From Lingula anatina (Eukaryota > Animalia > Brachiopoda), in the NCBI GenBank assembly GCA_051362555.1, contig CM120644.1:17754534-17818533 (forward strand): a DNA stretch of 64,000 nucleotides, given 5' to 3'. Made by a program: the position numbers and the translations under genes. The notes beneath the pieces were generated by a model. It saw only the letters and a program-made list of their open reading frames with translations, did no database searches and had not been told where the DNA came from. Positions 1 to 12,492 of the stretch are shown piece by piece; the stretch's first letter is position 1, and each line of letters starts with the position of its first letter.

Positions 1-1392
1 AACGCATTGAATAACTTAAATATGACAGCTAATTTTGGACCTCGCCTGCAGCCTGTTAATGAAGGGTACAACCCACAAGTATGTCTTACTATTCGTATTC
101 ATAAAGCAAGTATTTATGCCAAACCATTGCCCCTTAATTCGACAAAATGCAGCCATATGGTTTCAAATGGTATAACTTCGTCCCTTTACACCCTATCCTG
201 AAATATTTTCGCAGATACCGTGTAGCTATTAAAAAACACGACTACTGGTACGCGTTTAATCGATAACTGATTTAATACTCGTCAGATTACCATCCGCCCC
301 CTTCCTTATGAATAGGTATTACTTTATTAATACAATGCAACCGACGTGTAGCCGCATGTTAGAAGACAATGTGTGACTACGCACAACAGTATGAGGCCGC
401 TACCCCTTCCCAGCAAGGAGTCAACACAGCAGCGCGTAACCCGGGGTTAATTAGGGGTTATTAGCTGTCCACTTATGATCGGTATTGTTCGTCTTAATGC
501 AGCACACTTCCTACTCACTATTGGTTCGCCCGCCTCTTCTTTAAATGTTCTCTCAAACCTTTCCTCAGTCAGCCGAGAATGGAAACACGTTTATCTGCCG
601 ATAAACTTCGTCGTTGATGTATTTTTTGGCATCCTTATACAGTGGGCCATAAGGCTCTATCTATGATTTTTTTCGTCCGGCATTTTACCAGATTAAGCTG
701 ACGCTTGAAAACTAAATTAAATGAATAATTTTCTTACGTGCACGTATCCAGCTAATTTTACGACAATAACTTCCACGGCACCTCCGCCATTTGCAATTGT
801 AGACGAACCACGTGTTTCCAACTGATAGGCCAATACAACTATGCCAGACCCATTGCACGATAAAAAACCGTTTATATTTAATGAATTAAAAAAACATTTG
901 GGAATCACGATTTTCTATTGATAAACTTTCGATGGTATCCCTGTATTAAATCATCCACTGCTACCCCCTCTATTGTAGTGTAGCATGACTCGTATCACAA
1001 GATGGTCTTAGAAGTAAGACAGGCCTACACTCTGATAGTTTTAGTCTATTATTAACCCTAATGTCGTTTCTTGTCATTCATTCTAGAACTCTCTGAGCCA
1101 TCGCAAAGTTATTTGCCAGGACATTAAAAGGCTACTTCTTAACGGATTTTTTTTTTTTCACTGAGTCCAAAAATGTTCGAGGACGTCTCTGTCGTTATCG
1201 CCGTTTCTCGAACGTCATTTAAACGGCGTTGAACGGCAGTCCCAGACAAAGGATCGGGAGTTTCTAAATAAAAGAACTTATAAATGCTGCCACTAGCCAG
1301 TTATTGTTCCTAAGTAAAGAGAGGCGATAATGATCTGTTCTTTCTTCTAGCTTAGTCTGTCGACTAAAATGAACAAGGTTAGGCCTACAATG

Positions 1393-2470
1393 CAACCACC
1401 AATTATTACGACCATTAATGAGGTTCTTTGCTACACTCCCTTTCTTCATGATCGCGAAACCCGTGGGGTGCTGTGTTTTAAATATATATAAAAGGGGTTT
1501 CGCGAGGTGAAGCTATAATAATGAACTAAAATCCGATGAATAATAAACCTATCTAATAAACCATGGCCTATCTAATAAACCATGAAGCACAGGCCTCTTC
1601 TTTGACCGACATCAAATTTTTACATTCTTTGTTTTAATAAGAGGGCGAACGTAGTCTAATTTGTCTTTTCGTGGTGATTTTGCTCAAGTAACGGAGTCAA
1701 GTAAATCGGTGATTTACCGTTGGTAAGGGTAGCAATCATCCCTCCTGCGTCCTCACAGATTACTTTCTAATCCCCCGTAATTAACGCAGTCAGGAAGAAG
1801 CGCTGAAATAGGGGATTTTGTATCAGGGAAAAGTTTAGTATTAATCTTATGTTATCACGTATCTGTATTATGTAATCATGTAACTCATTTTCCCAAGGCA
1901 ACCACCAATTATGACGACCATTAATGAAGTTCTCTGCTACACACTTTCCTCTCCTCTCTCGTGAAACCCTGGAGGTGTTGGGTATATTTGGGGTAGTTTA
2001 CTATAGCATGCTACACTCTCCTCATGATCACTTGCTCGATCGTGAAATCTGGAGTGAAACCCTTGGTTTATCTAACAATGGTTTAAATAAATAAAAAGGG
2101 TGTCACGGAGGTGAAGCTGCTTAACTCATAAGAATAATGAACGAAAAAATACGATGAACATTTAATACACCACGAGGAACGTATGTTTTGACCGTCATCG
2201 CCTTTTTTACATAAGATGTTTCATCAAGAGGGCAGATGTAGTCCAATTTGTCTTTTGTTGGTGATTCTGCTTCAGGTGGCTGAGTGTAGTTGATCGGTGA
2301 AGTACCGTTGGTAAGAGTAGCAATCATCACATCCGCGTCCGAACGGATTACTTTCCAACCCCCCCATAATTAACGCAGCCAGGAATAGGCGCTGAAATAG
2401 GGGGTATTATATCAGAAATTAATTTTTGTAATTATCTATCCGTAAAATAAGAATCGTTACATTATCACGT
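1393..2470. repeat. Diverged tandem duplication, two copies of ~500-590 bp
   Basis: caaccaccaattatkacgaccattaatga occurs at ~1393 and ~1898. The block tttgaccg...ccgttggtaagrgtagcaatcatc...gcgctgaaataggg occurs at ~1601-1830 and ~2187-2420. Confidence 0.8.
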
Positions 2471-4990
2471 ATTTTTCCAGATGGAAAATATATTATAATA
2501 TGCACATTGATCAAATTATAAAGAAAATCTCCAGATGTAAACAAAGGTCAGTCAAGTATCACTCATCCCAGGCTGCAGGGCAGATAAAGAGAATTGAATG
2601 AAGCGCGAGTGATCTGGCAACCCTACAATTTCGTCATAATGATTCGTGGGCAAACAATAGAAGCATGAAATTAACACCTTTTACAGTGTGAAGGACGACA
2701 CCTAATGAGGCTTTTGTTTTTTCCCTGGGTGGTTATTACAAAGTAAGAATGTTGACGTAAGTGTTATCTGCTTCCTGGTGAAGACTTTTGCGTGTTCAAA
2801 GGAACAATGGAAATGTCATTTCAAAACAAAGAGCCACATTTCCCTACTTAGGTGGCCAAAATATTGTCAATGAAACGCAAAAAAAAAAGACAAAATCACC
2901 AGCTGTTACTGACTGAGTCTAACTCAAATGCAAAAAGGTACGCACAGCGACAAAGCGCTATTGTAAACAATGACCCGACGATGAGATCAATAGATGTATA
3001 AATGACTTATTGTACTATCAAATTGTACCCCTGCCCCTACTTGTATATTATTGCACACATAAGGCCACCCTATACCAGAGTTTCAGATTGATTTTTTATT
3101 ACGCAGTCTCTTGCACTGAAGAAAAATACTCATATATAATTTGCGGTCCTAGTAGAGGGTCGGTCTTCTCTCAATTTTCTCAAATCAAAACATGACTAAC
3201 AAACATGAAAATTGACAAGCTGTATTAGGATGTAAAGTGTTGAGAACCCTTTAACAAGGTATATGGTAATATGCACGTTTAGACAAATTTTAATTTTAAT
3301 TTCATTTAAATTTGATTTTAATTTTAATTAAAATTGATATTACCGAAATTAGTAAATGTCGTTTGCGTCATGTATCAATATTTATGCGCATAATAGTACC
3401 TACGTTATAAACATTCAGCAAAGATCTTTGGAAGGCCGCTCTTTCGTCGTTTATATCAAATGAAAACTATCTGATACCCATCGTATCAATCATTATACCA
3501 TGATAAGCGATTAGCATACTAATTTATGTCCCCAGTCATGATAACTTTAACAATTACAACAAACCTGCTTACTCTGCTTTTCGTTGCAAAAACAATTAGC
3601 CAAAACTGTTTTTATATTAAAAGATATCAATAATAATGACAATTTCAAAATTTCAAAAGTACCTTTGGGGTACGAACTCCCGTCGGGCAGGTTACAACGT
3701 TTGCAACGACGTTAACCGTTATTCCACCAATTCTATTATACTTTCACCGATATCGAGATATCTGTATTGCCGGGCATGCCGAAGCTTTGCGGAAATTGCC
3801 GAAGGCTAGGAAATTCTTCAAAATATATTTTTATTACTTTTAATCAAATCCAGACTATCTCTCACTGCCCTGAGGTATGGTTAAAACCTTTCAGTTGTCA
3901 TCAGACTTTGTAATTTGGGAGAAAAAAGTGAAACAGGAACTTCTGGTGATGAATAATATATTATAGTGCTGCAAGGTCTTGTTTTCTATCCCTGATGTAC
4001 GAGTAGCTTTTTCTACAGTTTCTATAATTCTCTTAACGTATGAAAATATGCAGGTTTTCTGATACAATAAGACTTTGATAAAATCAAAACCAATAATACT
4101 TTTCAAGTCGCGAGTCGGGATAAATATCGGCAAGGTGGAGATATGTCCCGCCGGCGCTTCCGCAACAGCAAGACTGAAGGACACAAGTTACAAAGCAAAA
4201 CATGTTTAGTCAAGTTAAAGACTTAATTACCGGCCTAACAGCGGCGATAGTGACTCCCGCTGTGAGCGACTTGCGCTGTCTATCGTAATCCCCCTATCAT
4301 TAACACTGTCGGGGGCACACGCACGTTCGACGTGCGTGTGCTATTAAAGTGACCGGGGACTAAATAGCTACACGGTACATTATATTCTCTCTGTGCTTTA
4401 AAGCCAGGAGGAAAATAAGCACTGGTGAGTCTAATTTACTACCCGAATTGTGAAGAATCTGCACGCTGAAGCTTATCTTTAGCTGCACGGGACACTTATT
4501 CTTTTTTAGTATTTGGCTTTTATTTGTGTTGTACTTATATCTGGAATTTATTATTAATATGGGTCAGAGGGCATGTGCTCTCACTTCTTATACATATTTG
4601 ATCGCCACCTGCTGCCAAAGTGACCAATGGTGACACCCTGGTACCAAATATAGTAAAAACTTTGATGAAAACCATACTTAATTATCATATGATATTGGGA
4701 TGGCCAAACTCCTTGTGATATGAAATTATCTGTACCCTGATGAACCCTCAGGTGCAACAAAACTAAACGGTTGTCGGGTAAAATTTGGTAAATACTGTAA
4801 ATTATCATTATTTTCCCCTCATCTTAACATATGTGAACATGTTTCATGAACAGTTTTGTGTAAAGAGCCACTCCTTTGTATTAAAATGATGCTTTAAATT
4901 AATGTTTTCTCATGTAAACTCAACAAGTAAATTTTTCAAATAGCAATATATGTTTCCCTAGCGTTTACTGGTAAATACTATTATCTTTAG

Positions 4991-7990
4991 GGAACAGGGA
5001 ACTTCATGTTTTCTGAAGTTTTTGTGACCAGTGTGTGTTACGTCAATGGGAATTGCACAGACCGAGGCGATCCCATAATTGGGAAAGCAATAGAAGGTAT
5101 GTAATATATAAAAAGACTAACGTTTTTTTGACTTCATTTCAAGTGTGCGTTTTTCGGCATGTCTGTTTACTGGTTGATTTGAAGTATTATACATGTATGC
5201 TGTCACTCCATCTGTTTGTGTCAGGTATGCATGTTTGCATGTCCGGCTGTAAGTGCTAAAATATCATTTACGTCCCAAATGTGTGATCCTCACGTATACA
5301 TCATTATCATCGTAGACTGGTATGCAGCTGCTCCAGCAAAACTGATCGACCTTTTTACACTGTGCGACACTCTTTCCACCATTTATGGAATGGAGCTGAT
5401 TCTGTCCAACGTCTTCCGTGGAAGATTGGTGCCCACAGCCACACAGCAGGCTTGGATCAAACGCCCGCATTCAGCATCTTTGTTTGCTGGCTCTGTTGGG
5501 ATACAGGTGAAATCCATTCTAACGGACATTAAGTGGTTTAACACACCCTTGAAATCGCAATTACTCACTGAGTTTGGCAAGCGTAATTCGTTATCAATTA
5601 AGTTTAATCTTGATATGTACTACCCAGACAGATATGAAAAATACTTTCTTTTTGGTCGCATAGTGGGAACAATAGGGACGCATCATAACGAAGATTCAGT
5701 TCCTTCTATGAGATTCACTAGGTTATTACGTGCTAAGCATGAGGAATGTCTTGGTTTGATGTTTTGTCATGCTCCTTTTGTAGTCGATAATGGCTTGAAA
5801 CTTCTCACCTTAGATATGGGAAATAGCATTCGAATTAATGATACCGGAGACTTTGATAAGGCTGAAACTGGAAAGATATTTGTCAGTATATCTCCGAGCG
5901 AGAACGCAATAATCGGCTCTGATTGCGAAAGTTACATGAATTCTTCAGATGCAACAGAAGTCAGGTATGATGACTCGCAATGGTATCTCACTTTTGGTGG
6001 AGTAGTTTCTATTAATATATCGAAAATTTTCAAGAAAAATATTGCTCATGTACCACTCATCATGTTTCGGACTATAACCAAAAGAGGTAAATTAACATGT
6101 AAGGTCATCCTTGCTGAAAGCCAAACTGGTATCACGATTGGGCCAATGTATCAAAGTTCGTACAGAAGAAGCCCTCATGAAACGCTTTTGTTTACCACCT
6201 TTGTGAGTCAGTTTGGAGAACCGGCCAAAGGTCTGACAGTAGGTCTGCAGTTTGGGAATAAATCGATATGTCGTTTCCAGCTGTGTGGACCATGTAGCAT
6301 GCCCTTTAGTAAACCGCGTTCGGCACTTGAGATAGGTCCGCCCGTTACAACAGACACAACCGGTACAGCGACAATCATGATTAAGACGAATGATTTAAAA
6401 TCTAAAGGATATTATAGTCAAAGAACCATACTTCACGATGGCCAGTTATATCTGTTGTTCACTTGCGTTACTGACAATACAGGAATCTCGATTTTCGCAA
6501 CATCTTTTTTGGGAATAACAATTTATAAATACTATAAAATCCCTGATATGCCAACTTGGTATGACGACGTGAGACCGATATTCGAATATTATAGCAAGCT
6601 CTACCCAGTTATGAACCATTTTGTTTATTTGCTTGACTATGAAAATGTTCTACGAAACAAAGAGAAAATAAAAAGAACGTTAGATCTACCTATTCATGAT
6701 CCGCATTATATGCCAACGACTCGGGACTTGTCTCCAAGTAAGAGAGACATGATAAAGAAATGGTTGAGTAATCCTGTATTAGGAAACGTGGCAACTATTC
6801 CTGAGCTCAAGAAACTTTTACAACAAGCTTTGTTACTTGAATTCACCACGATTCCACCTTATCTAACGGCCTTAATGTCCATCAAAGAAGGAACAAATGT
6901 ATACATTGCAGAAACTATTCGATCGGTACTAGTAGAAGAAATGCTACATATAGTGCTGGTAGCTAACATTCTAAATGCCGTAGGTGGGACTCCCCTCATT
7001 GCCAGCCCCCGGGCTGTTCCTATATACCCTACCCGCCTACCAGGAGGAGTGAGACCAGATCTGGATATTAATCTTCAGGGTCTTTCTAGGGAATACGTTG
7101 AATCCGTTTTCATGGAAATAGAAAGACCCGAGCAGATTCTCACAACCAAATGCACTGAAAATATGTCATTTCAGTCGAACTTTATGTATCGTTATAAATA
7201 CCAAAACCATCCCAGTCATGAGCATGGATTAAGACAGACCTGTTTCAAAAGGAATTATACCAATACTATATCAGTTTTCTATAAAAGAATTAAAACACTT
7301 ATCACAAGCCTTGCTAAAGATAACGATATATTTATAGGGAACCTCACAAAGCAAATAAATAGTAGCTTTTGGTACGGCCAAGAAAATACAGCAAGACCTT
7401 TCTCCGTTGATAATCTAACCCAAGCTATAAATGCTATTGATACGATAACTGAACAGGGGGAGGGAAGTAACGCCTGCCTTCCCCTTACCTCAGATAAACA
7501 TCTGTCTCACTTTTTCAAATTTTCCCAAATTGTACAAGGTAAAGAAATCAGGGTAACGGGATTATGCGGCGGCGTTGATCAAGCTCCAAAGTACAGTAGA
7601 TCTTGTGATAGAAACATTAATCAGTATTGCCAAGAGGAAACAATGGAGTGCAATACATTATTTGACTACACTGGAGAATCAATTCCATTTAACCCGCATG
7701 GCGTTTGGCCAATCACCCATAACCCCACGTTTGAAAAGCTCATTCCATTCTCGAGAGGTTATAGATTAGCAAAGGCATTTATTAGAATGTTTACTGGTCT
7801 TTTATATTGTTTGCAAGAAGGCCTGAACGGTCGCCCAAGCAAGATCCCAGACTGCATTGGTTTGATGCACGCGCTGTATGTTCAAGGCAAGGTGCTTGCG
7901 CAGACTCCTTTAGATGACAAAGGAAATCCGAATATAGGGCCAAATATTGGTCCAATTTTTCAGTTTGTTAATTATCAAAATGTGCCATAA
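4991..7990 (+). CDS. VioB/RebD/StaD-like protein (iminophenyl-pyruvate dimer synthase / chromopyrrolic acid synthase family) with C-terminal ferritin-like domain; exons 4991-5096 and 5316-7990, 5' exon(s) unresolved
   Basis: Long uninterrupted frame in ORF 5216-7990. Family-like motifs: AKLIDL...STIYG; PTWYDDVRPIFEYYSKLYPVM; HYMPTTRDLSPSKRDMIKKWL; ferritin-like LQQALLLEFTTIPPYLTALMSIK...EEMLHIVLVANILNAVGG...YPTRLPGG; AIDTITEQGEG; SHFFKF. The upstream exon (tttag|GGA ACA GGG AAC...ATA GAA G|gtat) encodes GTGNFMFSEVFVTSVCYVNGNCTDRGDPIIG and joins in phase 1 at cgtag|AC TGG. Confidence 0.85.
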
Positions 7991-8370
7991 ATAACAAACA
8001 TAAAAAAACGTCATTAGACCCAATATAATTTTTCACTTTTCTATGGTAGATTATGTTTTCTTTTATAAGGGATTAATTAGTTTTTTTTCAGTGGCTTGAA
8101 TCCGTATTAGGATGACATGATCGCAAAAATGCCTGCCTAGATTACATTTGCCATGCGATGTCGTTACGGTGCTCGTAAACTGCTAGTATATACCTTTTTG
8201 TGCGGCGTCTATCGAAGACAGGCGGTGGCCGTGCCCCACGACCTCCGTATAGTCTACGATTTTTGTCAAGCTCAAACTTAGACAAAGTTTAAAAATCGTA
8301 AGCCCGAAAGCCGTACCACTGTCGTAAACGGCTTTGCGCAGTTCCCAGACGGCCATTGTTCGGTGGACTT

Positions 8371-8518
8371 GGGCTCCGTATCTCGAAAGGTTCGCTATGT
8401 TGCGCACGTGCGTTAGTGTCTCGATTCCATAACCGATTCTATTTCGAGATACGGGGCTATGGAATCGAGACGCACTTGCACGTGCGCAACATAGCGAACC
8501 TTTCGAGATACGGAGCCC
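8371..8518. mobile_element. Short palindromic MITE
   Basis: ~41-bp perfect inverted termini gggctccgtatctcgaaaggttcgctatgttgcgcacgtgc ... gcacgtgcgcaacatagcgaacctttcgagatacggagccc. It explains the mirror-image ORFs on both strands. Confidence 0.8.
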
Positions 8519-9798
8519 TGGTTGAATCTGTTGTTGATCTCTTTCCCTTCCACCTTTGGCGGTTTTAGGGGGCATAACAATAGTGAAATACACTTAAGGG
8601 TATTGTAATCCTTCATTATCACCCACATACAGAAAATGAGGTTTATCCTGCATCGAATTATTCAATAATGAATCTTTGTGGTGATTTAAAACAATAAAAA
8701 TCCCCTCGAAAATAGAAAATATGGACATTTTATATTTCTCGTTGCAAGGTCTAAGCATAGAATTTCATCATATGTGTTATATTATTTATAAAAATGATGT
8801 GTATTGCTTCTAAGACTTTTCGTAGTGTTCACTGTCAATAGCTTTGATTTTATTTATTTATTATTATTATTATTATTTTTTTTTTTGAGGTAATCAGATT
8901 CAATATTAGCTGTTGATTGAAGAAGAATCCTTTCTTTTCGACTAAGACAATTCCTGACAGATTATGTGTTCATGTACATAAAATGGATACATTTTCATTT
9001 CATCAATGACTCAAGTAACAGTTTTAATATCAAATGTCATTTAATTTTTGCATTAAACCAATATCCAATGCAAGTATTGCAAGAAAAAGGCCTATTTTAG
9101 AGAAAAAAGTAATAGCTGGACATAAATGTGTATGTATGAGTGGTAACAGCATCAACCATAGTGTATGTACACAGGTATTAAAATTTCATCAATATAACAA
9201 TTTGTACGGCTATGTTACATGGGCAATTTTGTTTTTTCACATGTTAAGCAAGATCTTTTCTGCTTAAAGGAAGAAATTCATTCATGGTATTAATTACCAG
9301 CCATCTGCTGTATTATTGTTGTCATAGTTCCGGTGATAAATTGTATAAATGACTGAACGTCCATTCCAGTATACTCTGCTATCTAAATAAAAATGAATAA
9401 ATTTCTAGAAAAAAATTAATTTTTGTTTGCCTGAGATAACTGGAACCAGTTCGGTAATTATAGCTACCGCTCAAAGTTTGTGAATATGCAGGCCACGAAG
9501 AAACCGATACCTTTCATTTTCATTACCCCTACGCCCAAACGGGTTTAGCCCAATTTCCGATTTACACGCCATAAATTCTTTTAAAAATTCCTAAATTTCC
9601 ATAAAAGAGGGAGGGCAACATAATTGCCAGTACGTCCCAAATACTTTCAGGTACTTCGTTTTTGTTTCGTTAATTTATTTTATTATATCATATTCTTGGT
9701 GGAGCTCAAGAAGATCTGTCGAATATCAAGTAATTCCCCTTTACACTTGGCGGCGACTTTTCTGCGTCCCGTAATACGGCCTTGTTTGAGAGCAAAAA

Positions 9799-9799
<1 letters not shown>

Positions 9800-9853
<54 letters not shown>
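9800..9853. repeat. (AAT)n microsatellite
   Basis: Direct reading. Confidence 0.95.
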
Positions 9854-9856
<3 letters not shown>

Positions 9857-10485
9857 TATGTGCCGACACCTGGCAGATCATTAAACATTCTTTTTGCAAC
9901 CAAAGCGATGCTTGTGCCTCCTTTCTGCGACCACAGCGATGCCAGTTTCATGTCGCAGAAAGGGCGCCGTTCAGTGTAAAGGGGGTTTTAAGATCACTGA
10001 AACTTAGGCAAATTGCACAGTGAACTTAACCAAGTTCATACGTGCTTATTAACTCTGTGTATATTTCTCCTGGAGTTTCGATAATATTTGGTAATATTTT
10101 TAAATATTATGTTAAAACATTTATCCACCGTTATTTGTCAGATAAAGGAATATTATAAAAGTCAAATAACAATAAAATCACTACGAGAACAGTAAAAAAA
10201 AAGTCGCTTTCATGAAATACGTCAAATAATATTTTAGAAAACCACCGTGTATTGCATAACTGGAGAAAATATATGATAGTATGCCACTTAAAAGAGGTTT
10301 AGCCGGATATGCAATACGTCCTGGGTTACAGATTCAACGACCTTTGACTCCAAGACTCGGTGCTCTAAGGCCTACTGCCATTTATCATGACACATGTATA
10401 AATACTGCTTAAAGGAACACTTAGAAAAGCAGACATTAAAAATATCGTTTATTGTTCATTAACTAAAAATGTAAAAATTGCCTAT

Positions 10486-12492
10486 TAGTCTAGATGACTG
10501 GTGCAAAAATTGCTCAAAAGGTGGAAAAAGCATGAAACTTGGCACAAATGTTCTTTGGACTATGCTGATCATTTTCAAGGGCAGTGCCCAAAATTTCAAA
10601 GTGTTGCTTAGCAACCGTTGCTAAGGAAGTGATTTACCTTAGTAACAAGCTTATTGGACCTTTCTTGTTCAGTTTAAATTATTTAAAAAGGCTTTTAATA
10701 ATGTTTCAAACCATCAGAACTATCACTATACTATTTTAAGACATTAAAAACCCAAGTAAACCATTGCAACAGTTGCTAGGCAGCATATTACCCTAGCAAC
10801 AAGTATTTAACATGCTGAATTAGCCCAGACAGTTAGTGTTTAGGTTGATTTTTTTGTTGAGTTCCTCTAGACAGAGGGGATTTCAAATGTCATTTATAAT
10901 ATCATTGATGTAAAAAAACCAAAATCATTTTTACACCATCTTTTATAGAAAATAGCTTTTTAATTTCTTTCAATTTTTGAGTTTTGACATAATGGTTGTG
11001 ATAAGATTTCATCTGGGGTTAAATTGAAATTTTCCTGAATTTCACACAAAGAACCAATAATCTTTGCCAAAAGGGATAAGAAGTTGCTTTTAGTATTTTT
11101 AATCCACCTTTTGTTACTACCGATTCCTGACATTTCGCCGAGAAAAACGCTCTCCACTTACTCTTATTTTCTTCATAAAGAAGTCTTTTAAGCCATGTAA
11201 AGTTTAGGGCCTTGGTAAAATTTTTATTTGCGGTACCTTTACCGTCCATTTTTGTAATCAGACGCCATCCTTGCTCATTTTATTTTGTATCTTTTTCCAT
11301 TCCTGATAAAGTTAAATATGATATGCATATTTTAAGTATTGAGGGAGGGGGGGGGGGGCTGGTAGGAGAGTTTATACATGCCCTACGTTAGATGAGAAAT
11401 ACTAAAGGTTTAACCACTGTTGACTTTCCTATTATTGAAAGGTTTCTCAGAGACCAGATTTCCAAGATATTTTTCATTTTGTTCAATATTTTCTAAAAAG
11501 TTTTTTCACATTGTATTTTGTCAGTTTCTATTCTCTACCAAGTAACTTAAATACACCTGCATGGTTCTATTTTAATTCTATTTGTTAATCAATGAAGTTC
11601 AAAAGTTTCTGTTCACACCCAAAGTCCGTTAGATGCCATATCTTACTTCCACCAAGGCTGCTCTACAACAATATAAGTGTATTCTTGCGAGATGAACATA
11701 TCTGAATCAGCACTACGGTGCCATGTCATCAGATACCATGTGCTCACTCTGGTTGGACTTGTGCGGAACAGTGGGCCTAAGTGGACACATTTGCCAGAAG
11801 CTATTGACCTGTCCAGAGTTGCTCCAGTGTGCATGTAGGTGCAGATGTAGAGGCTGACAATGTGCAAGGGCAAAATGCACTGTATATTGCACATACAAGG
11901 GAGAATTTATTATTATTATTATTATTAACTATTGCAAAGTTTTATAAAGAGTCATAAGGTGATGAAAGCATGGAAATGGCTGGTTACTAATTTTGAACAT
12001 GCTGCCTTAAGTATCTGCACTAGCAATTTATTTGATCGGATATGTGTAAACACACAATTGGTTCAACTTACTGGATTAAAAGTATGAACATCTTGCTCAA
12101 AAGTGTAGTTCTTAGCTAGTATTATAGATTTGCCTTACTTAATAGACTAACGCAACTTTAAATGCTTGTTGCTAGGGTAATATGCTGCCTAGCAATCGTG
12201 CCTAAGGTTAATTTGGGTTTTAATTGCTTTAAAATAGTGTACTGATAGTTCTGATGCCCTAAAACATAGTTATTAGCATTTCTAAACCATTTAAACTGGA
12301 CAAGAAAGGTCTAATTAGCTTGTTACTAAGGAAATTCACTTCCATAGTAACGGTTGCTAAGCAACGGTTTGAAATTTTGGGCACTGCCATTGAAAATGAT
12401 CAGCATAGACCCAAGAACATTTGTGCCAAGTTTCATGCTTTTTCCACATTTTGAGCAATTTGGCCAAAATATAGCACCAGTCATCCAGACTA
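10486..12492 (+). mobile_element. Decayed Academ-like DNA transposon with long TIRs and 3-bp TSD (TAT)
   Basis: ~325-bp imperfect inverted repeats start TAGTCTAGATGACTGGTGC and end GCACCAGTCATCCAGACTA, with tat at 10483-10485 and 12493-12495. Internal 11640-11910 encodes frameshifted transposase C-terminal motifs TKAALQQ, GWTCAEQW, KWTHLPEA and TCPELLQCACRCRC. Confidence 0.7.
10850..11335 (-). mobile_element. Decayed L1/Tx1-clade LINE ORF2 fragment (post-RT region) nested in the Academ-like element
   Basis: Broken frames give IFNFIRNGKRYKIK, FTKALNFTWLKRLL...KSKW, FWQ and EILSQPLCQNSKI, typical of L1/Tx1 ORF2 downstream of RT. Confidence 0.65.

Noticed and set aside
4559-4751. Two in-frame TGA codons before NPQ|gt as possible selenocysteine or read-through
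   Set aside because: No recognisable homology in that frame and no SECIS identified; more likely chance or decay
5216-5315. N-terminal 33 aa of the 924-aa ORF
   Set aside because: Lies in the predicted intron 5097-5315 and starts at a non-ATG codon
8183-8628. Similar ORFs on both strands (GLRISKGSLCCARA)
   Set aside because: Produced by the palindromic MITE at 8371-8518
10320-10380. tRNA-like sequence on the minus strand (also ~3665-3730)
   Set aside because: Too degenerate to fold as a tRNA; at most SINE-head remnants
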